A stretch of DNA of 64,000 nt, from assembly GCA_021173225.1 (NCBI GenBank), contig JAJOLK010000016.1, forward strand, positions 21,034 to 85,033, given 5' to 3'. A model generated the notes under the pieces. It was not told the DNA's origin and ran no database searches. It worked only from the letters and a program-made list of their open reading frames with translations. Position numbers and translations under genes: made by a program. Positions 1-11,195 of this stretch are shown piece after piece (the first letter of the stretch is position 1; every line of letters starts with the position of its first letter). This stretch comes from Phycisphaerales bacterium PN19_bin_20. Its GTDB lineage: Bacteria > Planctomycetota > Phycisphaerae > Phycisphaerales > UBA1924.

Positions 1-292
1 GAAGGTCACACCCGAGCTTCGCTCACGCGCCGAGAGCGCAACCTCCGCCGTCGAGACGGCCATCAAGGGCGAGGACAAGGATGCCATCGAGAAGACGCTA
101 AAGGAACTCGAAAAGGCGCTGATGGCCGTCGGCGAAGAGATGTACAAGCAAGGCGCAGGGCCCAGCGGCGAGGCAAACGGCGAGCCGACCGCCAGCGGCC
201 CAGGCTCGCAGACCGAGGCCAAGCCCAACAGCCCCGCCGGGCGCGATGACGTCATTGACGCCGACTTTGAGGTCAAAGACGGCAAGCGTTAA
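1..292 (+). CDS. dnaK: Molecular chaperone DnaK, C-terminal fragment (5' end lies outside the window)
   Basis: Frame 2 reads ...AIKGEDKDAIEKTLKELEKALMAVGEEMYKQ...GRDDVIDADFEVKDGKR-stop, with TAA at 290-292. This is the typical DnaK lid/tail ending in DVIDADFE. Confidence 0.85.
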   Translation, partial: KVTPELRSRAESATSAVETAIKGEDKDAIEKTLKELEKALMAVGEEMYKQGAGPSGEANGEPTASGPGSQTEAKPNSPAGRDDVIDADFEVKDGKR

Positions 293-309
293 AACACCTC
301 TTGCTTAGG

Positions 310-475
310 CCTTGTCTTCATCCTGCCTCATTGCCTTCCGGAGAAGGGACTTTTAACACGCCCTCTTTGCTCGCGTGGGGCAGGATTTCATCCTGCCTCT
401 TTGCCTTCCGCAGAGAGGGTCTTCCAACCCGCCCTCTTTGCTCGCGTGGGGCAGGATTTCATCCTGCCTCTTTGT
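310..475 (+). repeat. About 2.5 tandem copies of a 70-bp unit, each carrying the hairpin GGCAGGAT-TTC-ATCCTGCC preceded by CTCGCGTGG (REP-like family 1)
   Basis: Units 361-430 and 431-475 are near-identical (ccctctttgctcgcgtggggcaggatttcatcctgcctctttg). Perfect 8-bp stems lie at 379-397 and 450-468, with a half copy at 318-345. The region is intergenic between convergent dnaK and nuoC. Confidence 0.85.
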
Positions 476-701
476 CGTCTGGAGGGCCGGCTTCCCACCG
501 GCCGTCGGGCCGCCAGTCCAACCCTCGGCACCCAGCGTCGGCGCGAAGCAGACAGCCTCGCCCATATTACATCTTCCCTGCGCCCGCGCGCCGCATCCCC
601 CGCTGCCCTTTACAATAGGGCGGTCTTTCAGCTCTTTGAGTTTCCCCGCTTCCCTCCGCCAGACTCTCCACGCTCCGCGTTCTGCGCGTTACACCGCGCG
701 C

Positions 702-1268
702 TTACGCGCTCGTGCGGTCAACGACTTTGAACATCTCGCGCTCACCCTCGCCGCGCAGCGGGTAATCCTTCCGCAGCGGGTGCGCCGGGTACGTCTCCCA
801 CGTCAAGATGCGGCGCAGGTCGGGGTGGTTGCGGAAGCGGATGCCCAGCATGTCGAAGATCTCGCGCTCCATCCACTCAGCACCGAGCCAGAGGTTCGTC
901 ACGCTCTCGAGCATCAGCGCCGGGTCCGCCTCGATGCCGCCGGTCGGCAGCGAGGGGTCAAGGAACGTCTTGACGAAGAACGTGTCGTCCTTGTCCAGGT
1001 TCCGCAGGATGTACACCACCGCGAAACGCCCGATCGTCGGCGTCGGGTAGCCCAGATAGTCAACGCCCGCCACGTCCACCAGATAGTTGTACCCCGCGCG
1101 CGCGTCGCTCTTCAAAAAGCTCAGCACGGCATGCACCTGCCCAGGCTCAACAATCAGCGTGCTCTGACCGCGAAACTCCGTGGCCCGAAACTTCAATGCC
1201 GGAAACGCGCCCTTGGCCAGGGCGAAGCTCGGATGGTCAAGGTTGGGCTGAGGCTTAGTCGCGGTCAT
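702..1268 (-). CDS. nuoC: NADH-quinone oxidoreductase subunit C (30-kDa subunit)
   Basis: 188 aa containing GAEWMEREIFDMLGIRFRNHPDLRRILTWETYPAHPLRKDYPL, the NuoC/Nqo5 signature. Confidence 0.9.
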   Translation of the reverse strand: MTATKPQPNLDHPSFALAKGAFPALKFRATEFRGQSTLIVEPGQVHAVLSFLKSDARAGYNYLVDVAGVDYLGYPTPTIGRFAVVYILRNLDKDDTFFVKTFLDPSLPTGGIEADPALMLESVTNLWLGAEWMEREIFDMLGIRFRNHPDLRRILTWETYPAHPLRKDYPLRGEGEREMFKVVDRTSA

Positions 1269-1295
1269 AGCAGCGCGGTGTCCTTTCGTGCGGAC

Positions 1296-2078
1296 TCAGG
1301 TTAGGCCTTGGGCCGTAGATGGGGCGGCGACCGCCGCCTCTAGCAGTGCCCGTGCCCCTTGCCGCTCGGCCTCGCTCAGCACGATCACCGCCACCCCAAC
1401 CCGCCACGCGGTGGCCACTGCTGATGCGATCGCCCGCTCGTCCAGCACGCCACCCGCTGTGCCCAGCGGGCACGCCACCAGCGCCAGCCCGTGATCGAGC
1501 CTGACATCATCCGCCTCATGCTCATTCTGGCCCGCACCGTCCGCTTGTTCCCCCACCTCAAGCCCTACCTGGGCTGTAGGGGCAACCAAGTTGGTCATCA
1601 GCACGCCCGCGAGCCCGGGCGTCGCCAGCGCGTCCTCGACGGCCCGGGCCAAGTGCTCGGGCGCGAGCGCCAGCATCGCCCGCGTAAGCAAGGCCGCAGG
1701 GTCGGCAATAAAGCCCAGGCCCACGTCGCCCCGCGCGTCCCGCTCAGCCATGAATCGCTTGGCAAAGTGGTGGTCGCTCAAGATGTGCCGGTGATGCGGG
1801 CGGATCAGCCGCTCAGGCATTGCTCCGGCGGCTGACCACTGATCGCGCACCCACCGGTCTTGTCCCCACGCATCACAGGCCCTGTGAAGCAGGGCCCGCG
1901 CACCCGGCGACCAGTTGCGCAGGCTGGGCGCAAAGTCCTCATCCTCAACCGTGCCAGACCAGACCGTGCGCCCTAGTGCGCCCCCAGCTGGCGACGGCTC
2001 GCCCCCCGCCACCAGCAGCCCGCCAGTCCAGCCTATTTCGGCCAGCGTCAGGATCGGCGGACGGCTATTGAAAGTCAT
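1296..2078 (-). CDS. Hypothetical protein
   Basis: Long ORF with high third-position GC, ending 28 bp upstream of the nuoC start. I chose the ATG at 2078 (MTFNSRPP) over the track start at 2195. I recognise no family. Confidence 0.5.
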   Translation of the reverse strand: MTFNSRPPILTLAEIGWTGGLLVAGGEPSPAGGALGRTVWSGTVEDEDFAPSLRNWSPGARALLHRACDAWGQDRWVRDQWSAAGAMPERLIRPHHRHILSDHHFAKRFMAERDARGDVGLGFIADPAALLTRAMLALAPEHLARAVEDALATPGLAGVLMTNLVAPTAQVGLEVGEQADGAGQNEHEADDVRLDHGLALVACPLGTAGGVLDERAIASAVATAWRVGVAVIVLSEAERQGARALLEAAVAAPSTAQGLT

Positions 2079-2372
2079 GGTCGGAGCGTAGTCGAGGCCG
2101 CCGCCCCTGCACTTCTGAGAACGACAACCCCATTTTTTGGCCCCAAAGGCACGGCGCACCTCTTGCGCCAGGGGGAGGTTTCCGCAGACGAGCATGATTG
2201 CTCGCCAAGATTGCGGCCAGCCGCCCCGCGGCTCCGATGGACGAACAGCCGGAGCTCGACGCCGGCGCGGTCGGCGGAGCCCGACCCCTGAACATCACGC
2301 GGAGCGAAGACCACCGCACGGGCCATGGCCGGCCGGTGCTGCGTTCGCACGCCCACACTCAAGGATGAGACC

Positions 2373-2693
2373 ATGCGCTTGATCGCCCACGCCGCCCACC
2401 TGGCCAACCCCGCCTCACGCACCGACCGCCTGCACGCCCCCACCGAGACCCGTCCCCCACTGCCACGGGCCCGCGTGCTCGAGCACATCATGCGGATCAA
2501 CCGCGGCGCGACCGTCGAGTTCCTCGATGGCTTCAGCGACCCTGAGCTGCGCGATTATCTGGACCATCTTGACCACTCCTACCAGCCTGAAGAAGGCTCG
2601 GCCGAGGCCATGAGCGTTGTCACGCGCCCGGTCCGCGGGTGGGTTCGCAAGGGCGATACCGCCGCCCTCAACGCGATGCCCAGCGACTGGTAA
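2373..2693 (+). CDS. Hypothetical small protein (106 aa)
   Basis: GC3-rich frame. The ATG at 2373 is preceded by AAGGATGAG. The protein reads MRLIAHAAH...FLDGFSDPELRDYLDHLDH.... No recognisable family. Confidence 0.45.
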   Translation: MRLIAHAAHLANPASRTDRLHAPTETRPPLPRARVLEHIMRINRGATVEFLDGFSDPELRDYLDHLDHSYQPEEGSAEAMSVVTRPVRGWVRKGDTAALNAMPSDW

Positions 2694-2857
2694 GCGGTCC
2701 CGGCTGCCGCGTGAATCGCGTGCCGGGGCCAACTTGTGCAAGGGTCTTCACCGCCGGATTGCTTGAGCCGGGCGCGTGATTGCCCGATAGAAACTACGTG
2801 CCCTGATCGGTGCGCCTTGGCCGCGCTCGAGCCGTCGGGCACCTTGGAGCACCGACC

Positions 2858-4504
2858 ATGCCGCCCACCCAAAGCACCTATCAGACCACGACCCACAACG
2901 CCACCACGGCCATCAGCGCCACGCGGCCGACCCGCCACCGCTCACACCCGGTCCCGGTCGCTCCCGCTGCTCTAACGCTCATGGCCGGTTTGAGCCTGGT
3001 GCTCTCCGTTGGGTGCGCAACCCAGCGCCAGGCCAGCATCGGTACCGCCCCCGCCAAATTCCCTGCCGGCACGACCGCGTCCGCCACGCCCGCGGCTACC
3101 AACGCCAACGCGGCCGCCGCAATGCCGACTGGCGATCAGTTCGCCGCCAACATCAGTAACACGCCCGCGTCAACGACAGGCCGAAACTTCCGCTGGACGC
3201 TCGACACGCTCGCCGACGCCGAGGCCGGCGCAACCAAGGTCGAGCCGCGCGAGCGGCGGCCAGTTGCCTCCTCCAGCGCCACCAGCAGCGAGTCGCTGGC
3301 GTACGCCGATGTCGCCGACAGCCTGACGCAGGTGACCTTCACCACCGCGGGCAACGACTTTGACCCGGTCGTCTCGCGCGACGGGCGCGTGATTGTCTTC
3401 GCCAGCACCCAGCACCGCCCGAGCCCTGACCTTTACCTCGCCCGCGTCGGCTCGCGCGCCATTACTCAGCTCACCACCGACCCCGCCAGCGACGCGATGC
3501 CCGCGATCAGCCCCGACGGCCGCACCATCGCCTTCGCCTCTGACCGCTCAGGCGTTTGGCAGGTCTACATCATGCCCATCGGCGGCGGGCGCGCCGTGGC
3601 CCTGACCGACGACGCCGCCCCCGCCATGCACCCAACCTTCAGCCCCGACTCCTCACGCGTCGCCTTCAGCCGCCTGGGCCAGATGTCGGGCCGCTGGGAG
3701 CTGTGGGTCGCGCCAACCTCCAACCCCGCGCAGGCCGAGTTCATCGGCTTCGGCCTCAAGCCCACCTGGTGCCCCGTTGCTGGCACCGGCGAAGACGGCA
3801 GCGACCGCATCGCCTTCCAGCGCGCACGCGAGCGCGGCGACCGCGCGTACAGCCTCTGGAGCATCGACTACCGCCCGGGCAACGTCGGCAGCCCCGTGCA
3901 GATCGTCCCCGCTGAGCAGGCCGCCGCGATCAACCCCGCCTGGAGCCCCGACGGACAGTTCATCGCGTACGCCAGCGTGCCGGTCGCAAGCAGCCAGAAC
4001 CAGGCCGGCGCACCGAAGAGCTCTGACAAAAACACCGACAAGGCCAGCGGCTTGTGGATCACCACCGCCGACGGCGCCGCACGCGTGAACGTCTCGGCCG
4101 GGCGTGACGTCGCCCTGGCCCCGACCTGGGCCGCCACCGACCGGCTCTTCTTTGTCACCAACCGCGCCGGACGCGATCAGGTCTGGTCCGTCGGCACGCA
4201 GCGAGCCATCGCCGCGCTGCCCAAGGCTGGCCAGAGCAATCTGACCGCCGGGCCAAACGCCGCGCCGACCGCCAGCGCCCGGAGCGTTAGCCGCGCCACG
4301 CCGGCCAACCCCGCCGCGCAGCCCGAACCTTCTACGCCCGTGGCCAGTGGCCTCAGCCCGAGCACCATGCAGGCCCCGGCCCCCATCAACACACCCGCCC
4401 AACCCACCGAGCCTGACCCCACGACCGCCGCAGCCCCGAGCCCCGAGGCGATGGTCCCAGCCAACTCGGCGGAGCCGATCGCATCGATCCCTGAGCCTGA
4501 GTAA
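2858..4504 (+). CDS. TolB-like periplasmic beta-propeller protein (WD40-like/PD40 repeats) with a Pro/Thr/Ala-rich C-terminal tail
   Basis: Repeated PD40 motifs: FDPVVSRDGRVIVFAS, AMPAISPDGRTIAFASDRSG.WQVY, HPTFSPDSSRVAFS, NPAWSPDGQFIAYAS. A possible lipobox LSVGC follows the alternative start at 2981. Confidence 0.8.
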   Translation: MPPTQSTYQTTTHNATTAISATRPTRHRSHPVPVAPAALTLMAGLSLVLSVGCATQRQASIGTAPAKFPAGTTASATPAATNANAAAAMPTGDQFAANISNTPASTTGRNFRWTLDTLADAEAGATKVEPRERRPVASSSATSSESLAYADVADSLTQVTFTTAGNDFDPVVSRDGRVIVFASTQHRPSPDLYLARVGSRAITQLTTDPASDAMPAISPDGRTIAFASDRSGVWQVYIMPIGGGRAVALTDDAAPAMHPTFSPDSSRVAFSRLGQMSGRWELWVAPTSNPAQAEFIGFGLKPTWCPVAGTGEDGSDRIAFQRARERGDRAYSLWSIDYRPGNVGSPVQIVPAEQAAAINPAWSPDGQFIAYASVPVASSQNQAGAPKSSDKNTDKASGLWITTADGAARVNVSAGRDVALAPTWAATDRLFFVTNRAGRDQVWSVGTQRAIAALPKAGQSNLTAGPNAAPTASARSVSRATPANPAAQPEPSTPVASGLSPSTMQAPAPINTPAQPTEPDPTTAAAPSPEAMVPANSAEPIASIPEPE

Positions 4505-4837
4505 GGCCGGCGTTTGAGGATGCTGGCGCGGGGCAATTCTTCCAAAGTTCTTGTGTGCGTTTGGGCGGGCCGGTGGCCAACCGGCTTGTCGCAACCCTCG
4601 CGTAAGGCATAGTTCATTCTTCCGGCGCTCCCTCTGGCTCGCTCACGCTGGCCACCTGCCCGCCGACTGCGTCGGTGCCAAGGGCATCGAGCGCCCCGGT
4701 CCCTCTTGCCCCACCCCGTCGCGCGGGCTTTGCGCTCTGCCCGCCCAACCCTTGTGCAGACTTTGCGCATCGTTTGCCGATCTGCTCCGTCGTACCCCCA
4801 GTGCGGGCCGGAGGCCCGCCGACGACGCCAGGACGGC

Positions 4838-6303
4838 ATGAAGCTCAAGACCTACCGATCATCCACGATGGGCGATGCCCTCGCGCAGGTCAAAACTGAC
4901 CTCGGCAGCGACGCGGTCATCCTGCACACACGCGCGTACAAAGTCGGCGCGATATTCGGCCTCGGCGGACGCCCGCAAGTAGAGGTCACCGCCACCATCG
5001 CCAAGCACACCCGCCGCGAAACAACCGCCCACGGCCCGACCCGTGACCCCACCCGCGAGCGCACACTCGACGCGCCAACCGGCCCGCGCCGCTCCGCGCT
5101 CGACAAGGCTTACGCGCATGACCGCCCGCGCTCCCAGAACTCAGTCGCAATCGCCACCGAGACCTCGGCCGCACCCGCGCTCGGCTCAGGCCCCTCCGCG
5201 GCACGCAGCCTCGCGCAAGCCGCCATCCGCGCCGCCAGCCGCACTGGCAGCGCAGGCCAAAGCGCCGAACTGCTGCACGCCTCAATGGGCGGCTCAGGCA
5301 CCGCCACGTCCACCATCGCAGCGAACCCCACCACTACCGCGGCCCCGGCACTCAAGCTCGTCCAGCCGTCACTCGCCTCGGCGCTCGCCCCGGTCGCTGA
5401 TGAGTCGCTCCGTCTCGAGCTCGCGGCCATCCGACGCATGGTCGGGCAAGTCTTGCAAGATGGACGCAGCGCCGGCGTCGTGCCCATGCCCGAGGCGCTG
5501 CTGGCCACGTACTTACAACTGCTAGAGGCCGAGGTCTCGCGTGAGCTTGCGGATCAGATCACCGCGCAGGTTCGCGACGAGCTGACCGCCGCCGAGCTGG
5601 CCGATGTAAGAACCGTGCGCGAGGCCGTCTGTGCGCGCCTGGCCCAGATGCTGCCCAGCGCCACCGCCCACCTGGCCCCTGCGCGATCAAGCCTTGACCG
5701 CCCCTTCACCATCACGCTGGTCGGCCCCACCGGCGTGGGCAAAACCACCACGCTGGCCAAGCTCGCCGCGGCTCACAAGCTCAGGCACGGGCGCAGGGTC
5801 GGGCTCGTCACGTGCGACACCTACCGCATCGCCGCCGTCGAACAGCTCCGAACCTATGCCGGGATCATCGGCGTCCCGCTGAAGGTCGCGCTCACCCCCG
5901 GCGAGATGGCTCGCGCGATGGAGCAGCTCTCAGCGTGCGATGTCGTGCTGATCGACACTGCCGGACGCTCACCCAGCGACGCGCAGCGTTTAGGCGAGCT
6001 GCGCGAGATGGTCGCCGCCGCCCGCCCGCATCAAACGCACCTGGTGCTCTCCTCGGCCGCAGGGGTCAGCGCCATGACGCGCGCCGCTGAGCGCTTCGCG
6101 CCCATCCGCCCCGACCACGTAATCTTCACCAAGCTCGACGAGGCCGTGAGCTTCGGCGTGCTGGTCGAAACCGCGCGCAAGGTGACGGCAAGCCTGGGCT
6201 GCAAGCTCTCGTACCTCACCACCGGGCAGGAAGTCCCCGACGACATCGAGCCGTCACGCCCCGAACGCCTCGCGCGCCTGGTGCTGGAAGGGACGCTCAC
6301 CCC

Positions 6304-6307
<4 letters not shown>
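4838..6307 (+). CDS. flhF: Flagellar biosynthesis GTPase FlhF (SRP-type)
   Basis: N-terminus MKLKTYRSSTMGDALAQVKTDLGSDAVILHTR. G-domain motifs GPTGVGKTTTLAKLAA, DTYRIAAVEQL, LIDTAGRS, TKLDE. A long low-complexity B-domain is present. Confidence 0.9.
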
Positions 6308-7428
<1,121 letters not shown>

Positions 7429-7432
7429 CGCC

Positions 7433-8722
7433 CTAGTTCAGCAAAATATCTGCTGGTGATTCCTCGACACCGCGCCAGACCCGCGCGGCCACAAAGCCAA
7501 GCTGCGAGAGCTGCGCATCGTCGCTCAATCGCACCGTCCATCCCGCGCCCGTCCCCATCGCGTCGATCTCTGCAAGCTCACCTTCTAGCAGCACCAGCGC
7601 ACCTGGCTTCATATACGACTGCACCCAGCGGGCCGTCGCCACCGTCCGCCCATCGCGGAGAATCTCCAGCCGCAGGCCCATCGCGAGTTTGCGCCGAACG
7701 GTCACATCGCCGCTTGCCGTGCCGTCAAGCCCGCGAACCATCAGCGCGTACCGCTGCGCCGCGGGGTGAAAGATCAGCTGCGGACGCAACACATCCAAAA
7801 GCCGCTTACCCACGACTGCCGGCACGCCGGTGCCGCTTAATGTCCCGGCCTCACGCAGCTCTTCAACACTTGCAACCACCGGCAGCCGCTCCGTCCACGA
7901 CGCGATCACCATACCGTCAAGCCCCCGCGAGAGCCCCCATGTCACCAGCTCTACTCGCAACATACTCAGCTCAGCGCCCCCGGCCTTTGTTGCACTCGGT
8001 GCTCTGCCCCACACCACCGGCATCCGCAGCCACGGCGCGCTGCTCTCGCCCATCGGCGGCTCAGCTAGCCCAACAAACCGCTCTGTCACCGGCGCCGCTA
8101 CGCGACGCACAAACGTCATCCGAGCCCACGCGCCCCTCGGTCCCAAGAGCCCTCCAATGCTCTCAACCTCGCGCATCGGCCAGGCCAGCCCAACTACCGC
8201 CGCCCTCGGCAGCGCGGCCTCGCCGCGCACCGCCGTCGCAACCGCGAACCGCCGCGCCTGCCGAACAGTCGCCCGCCCCTCGAGCAACCGTACCGTCGCA
8301 TCACTGATCAGCGCTCGAGGGGCCAGCTCCCGAGGCCCAAGCACACTGAGCGCGCCAAACACCACCGGCCCCGGCAGCAACGGCCAGAACGTACGCTCGC
8401 GCCCCGCTCGCAATAACCCCATGCACACACCAACTACCAGCAGCAGCGCGCCCAGCCACAGAAACGCACGCTGCCGCCGCACACCACGGCGGTTACGCGC
8501 GCTGGTCGTCCACACGCCGCACTCAGGGCACTCAACCCGCGCCGACACATCACCAACGGGCTCAAGCCCCGCAAGCAAGTACCAGCACTTCGGGCAGCGC
8601 GCTCTGCCGCGCGACCGGTCCCACCACCAGCCCGCGGCCAGCAGCGCCACGCCTAACGGGAGCAGCGTCGCGGCCAGCACCAGCAGTCCGCGATCACTCA
8701 CGATGTTCGCCCAAGTCACCAC
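7433..8722 (-). CDS. Membrane protein with a cytoplasmic zinc-ribbon (TM - CPKCWYLLAG...CPECG - TM) and a C-terminal domain of unknown function
   Basis: 429 aa with a GTG start. Hydrophobic segment LLVLAATLLPLGVALLAAGWWW, then CPKCWYLLAGLEPVGDVSARVECPECG, a basic stretch and a second TM. The N-terminal architecture matches the 60418-62502 protein. Confidence 0.65.
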   Translation of the reverse strand: MVTWANIVSDRGLLVLAATLLPLGVALLAAGWWWDRSRGRARCPKCWYLLAGLEPVGDVSARVECPECGVWTTSARNRRGVRRQRAFLWLGALLLVVGVCMGLLRAGRERTFWPLLPGPVVFGALSVLGPRELAPRALISDATVRLLEGRATVRQARRFAVATAVRGEAALPRAAVVGLAWPMREVESIGGLLGPRGAWARMTFVRRVAAPVTERFVGLAEPPMGESSAPWLRMPVVWGRAPSATKAGGAELSMLRVELVTWGLSRGLDGMVIASWTERLPVVASVEELREAGTLSGTGVPAVVGKRLLDVLRPQLIFHPAAQRYALMVRGLDGTASGDVTVRRKLAMGLRLEILRDGRTVATARWVQSYMKPGALVLLEGELAEIDAMGTGAGWTVRLSDDAQLSQLGFVAARVWRGVEESPADILLN

Positions 8723-8997
8723 GCGACATCGTTGGTCGCGCTCGGCGTGCCGGGGCGAACCCGCCCGCGCGTCCTGCCCAAAGCCCGCCCGGATCCTCTT
8801 CCCTTAGTGAAACCCCCGCGAAACGGCCCATACCTCGCGCCGCGGCGAACCTGAAGCCCCCGATATCGAATAGCCTTTGCCACGCCCACCAGATCCCGCC
8901 CGCCCCACGCTCACCCCTTTCCCGCACAAACCTTCACCCCCACTCTCACCTCCCACTCTCCCCGCCCACCCCCACCCCGCACCAAGGCCAGCATCCC

Positions 8998-10425
8998 ATG
9001 CACACCCCCCATGCTCTCTCCGCTACCGCCGTCCGCGCTACCCGAGCTAACAGCGCCCTCCAAACGCTCGCCGTCATCGCGCTCGTAACCCTCACCGGCA
9101 CCGCCGCCAGCGCGCAATACACCACCATCCTCATCTGCCGTGCCAGCGCCACAGGTTCAAGCACCTTCCGCCTGCCGATCAGCACCACCATCCTCGACGC
9201 AACCCCCGACGTCAATGACACCGGGCTCGTCACCGCCCGCGTCTCGACCGACTCCACCAACTTCCGACAGGGCATCTTCGTCGGCAACGAGACCGGCAGC
9301 GCAATTGTTTACAACGGTGGTAACGATGTAACACTCACCGACCCCACTATCAATAACAGCGGACTGATCGTCTACGGCGCCGCCCCGGCCGGTGGGCTCC
9401 GCGCGTACAACTCCGTCACCACCATCGACGGACCCCTGACCTTCGGCGTCCCCGGCACCTTCGGTTACGAGTCGCCCCGCCTCAGCAATACCGGCCGCAT
9501 CGCCTACCGCGGACGCGAGAACGGCCAGTTTGCCCAGCGCACCTTTGACCTGCACACCGTCAACCCCGCCGGCACCGTCCGCCTCGTGCGCGAGGTCGCC
9601 GCCGACGCCACCAGCCCCTTCAACTTCGTCTTCAACCCCGCCATCAGCCCGTTGGGTACCGCCGCCATCAAGCTCCAGCGCGGCAGCCTTATCACCGCTG
9701 ACGAAGTCTGGGTCTACCCCGCCAGCGGCTCCGCCCCCGTCCGCGTCGCCGCAGAAACCGGCGCCGCAAACCCCGGGCTCTTCACCGGCATCGACAACGG
9801 CGTCAGCGTCACCGACGACGGCCGCGTCGTCTTCCTCGGCACACTCGCCAGCACCGTCAGCCGCGGCGTCTACATCGTCACGCTCGCCGGTGACGTCCAA
9901 ACAATCGCGGTACAAAGCCCCAGCCAGACCATCGCGTTCTTCAACCCCGATATCAATAACAGAGGCCAGGTCGTCTTCCGCACACAAGCCGGCTCAACCC
10001 AGAGCATCATTGTAAGCAACGCCACCACCACCACCACCATCGCGTCCATCGGCCAGAGCATCACTACCGACCTCGGCCCCACCACCTTCACCGGCTTCCT
10101 CCAGAACCCACGCATCAACGAGCGCGGCGACGTGGTCTTCGGCGCCACCCTCGCCGCCGGCGGCCGTGGCATCTTCCTCGCCCGCGCGCCCCTGGCCTGC
10201 GGACCCAGCGACATCGCAAGCGCCGGCCCCACCGCCGGCCCCGACGGCGAGCTCACCGCCGACGATATTATCTTGTTCATCAACGCCTTCACCAGTGGCA
10301 ACCCCGCCATCGCTGATGTCGCAGGCCCCGGCCCCGTCGCAGGCCCCGACGGCGAGCTTACCGCCGACGACATCATCCTCTTCATCAACCGCTTCACTCA
10401 GAACAGCGTCGCTGGCTGCCCGTAG
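8998..10425 (+). CDS. Secreted NxxGxxAF-type repeat protein with C-terminal twin dockerin-like (GC-type) module
   Basis: Signal peptide ...LTGTAASAQ. Repeats NNSGLIVYGA, SNTGRIAYRG, TDDGRVVFLG, NNRGQVVFRT, NERGDVVFGA. C-terminus (10198-10425): CGPSDIASAGPTAGPDGELTADDIILFINAF...ADVAGPGPVAGPDGELTADDIILFINRFTQNSVAGCP. Confidence 0.85.
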   Translation: MHTPHALSATAVRATRANSALQTLAVIALVTLTGTAASAQYTTILICRASATGSSTFRLPISTTILDATPDVNDTGLVTARVSTDSTNFRQGIFVGNETGSAIVYNGGNDVTLTDPTINNSGLIVYGAAPAGGLRAYNSVTTIDGPLTFGVPGTFGYESPRLSNTGRIAYRGRENGQFAQRTFDLHTVNPAGTVRLVREVAADATSPFNFVFNPAISPLGTAAIKLQRGSLITADEVWVYPASGSAPVRVAAETGAANPGLFTGIDNGVSVTDDGRVVFLGTLASTVSRGVYIVTLAGDVQTIAVQSPSQTIAFFNPDINNRGQVVFRTQAGSTQSIIVSNATTTTTIASIGQSITTDLGPTTFTGFLQNPRINERGDVVFGATLAAGGRGIFLARAPLACGPSDIASAGPTAGPDGELTADDIILFINAFTSGNPAIADVAGPGPVAGPDGELTADDIILFINRFTQNSVAGCP

Positions 10426-11036
10426 CCCGCCGCGCCCTCATGCCGCAGCAGCCACGCCTTGCGCCATACCCCGCCGGCGTACCCCGCCAACGCGCCGTCA
10501 GCACCAGTTATTCGATGGCACGGCACCACCAGCGCCAGCGGGTTGCACGCGTTCGCCCGCGCCACCGCACGCACCGCGCTGGGCCGACCGATGTCGCGCG
10601 CGAGCGCCGCATACGACCGCGTGCCGCCCCACGACAGCGCCCGCAATGCCGCCCAGACCCGCCGCTGAAACTCCGTGCCGACCATCACCACCGGCACCTC
10701 AAAGCCGCCACTTTCCCCCGCGAAGTACCCGCGCAGCTCGCCCTCGATCTGCTCTAGCCACCGACTCGCCAACGAACCCTTCGCCCCACACCCAGAAGGC
10801 TTAGCAGCTTTCACGCGCCCTTGCAACCGCCCCCCCACCGCCTTCAGCCGCCCCCCCAGCGCCGCGAGCCGCCCATCAACCCCCGCGCGGCCCGCAAACT
10901 CCACCATGCACACGCCCGCGTCAGTCGCCCCCGCGATCACCTCGCCCAGCGGCGTCTGGATCGCGCACACAACAACCGCAGGCCGAACCTCGCAGGCCGG
11001 CTCGGGCAAACTCCGCACCACTGCGCCAGACAACAT
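10398..11036 (-). CDS. ogt: Methylated-DNA--protein-cysteine methyltransferase
   Basis: FQRRVWAALRALSWGGTRSYAALARDIGRPSAVRAVARANACNPLALVVPCHRI (PCHR active site). I chose the ATG at 11036; the track start at 11072 is a TTG. Confidence 0.85.
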   Translation of the reverse strand: MLSGAVVRSLPEPACEVRPAVVVCAIQTPLGEVIAGATDAGVCMVEFAGRAGVDGRLAALGGRLKAVGGRLQGRVKAAKPSGCGAKGSLASRWLEQIEGELRGYFAGESGGFEVPVVMVGTEFQRRVWAALRALSWGGTRSYAALARDIGRPSAVRAVARANACNPLALVVPCHRITGADGALAGYAGGVWRKAWLLRHEGAAGYGQPATLF

Positions 11037-11091
11037 CGCTCGCCCCCGCAAACCGCCACTCGCCGCCGCCAACCTCCTTCACCATCAAACG

Positions 11092-11113
11092 AAAAACGGC
11101 CCACAAAGGGCCG
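11092..11113 (-). terminator. Rho-independent terminator downstream of tRNA-Asp
   Basis: The minus strand reads CGGCCC-TTTGT-GGGCCG followed by TTTTT. Confidence 0.6.
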
Positions 11114-11121
11114 CTTTCAAG

Positions 11122-11195
<74 letters not shown>

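Noticed and set aside
310-475. Possible CRISPR array (repeated palindromic units)
   Set aside because: Only about 2.5 units are present. The whole 70-bp unit, including the would-be spacer, is repeated. The same hairpin occurs singly at other loci, and no cas genes are present.
301-1304. ORFs 301-618, 375-1304 and 401-730 (plus strand) across the repeat region and antisense to nuoC
   Set aside because: They run through the tandem REP-like repeats and then lie antisense to a well-supported nuoC. Their products are Pro/Arg/Ala-rich low-complexity sequences, typical of spurious frames in high-GC DNA.
3653-4848. ORFs 3653-4594 and 4177-4848 (minus strand) over the TolB-like gene and the flhF leader
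   Set aside because: Their products are Gly/Arg-rich artefactual sequences antisense to PD40 repeats, with no start or RBS context.
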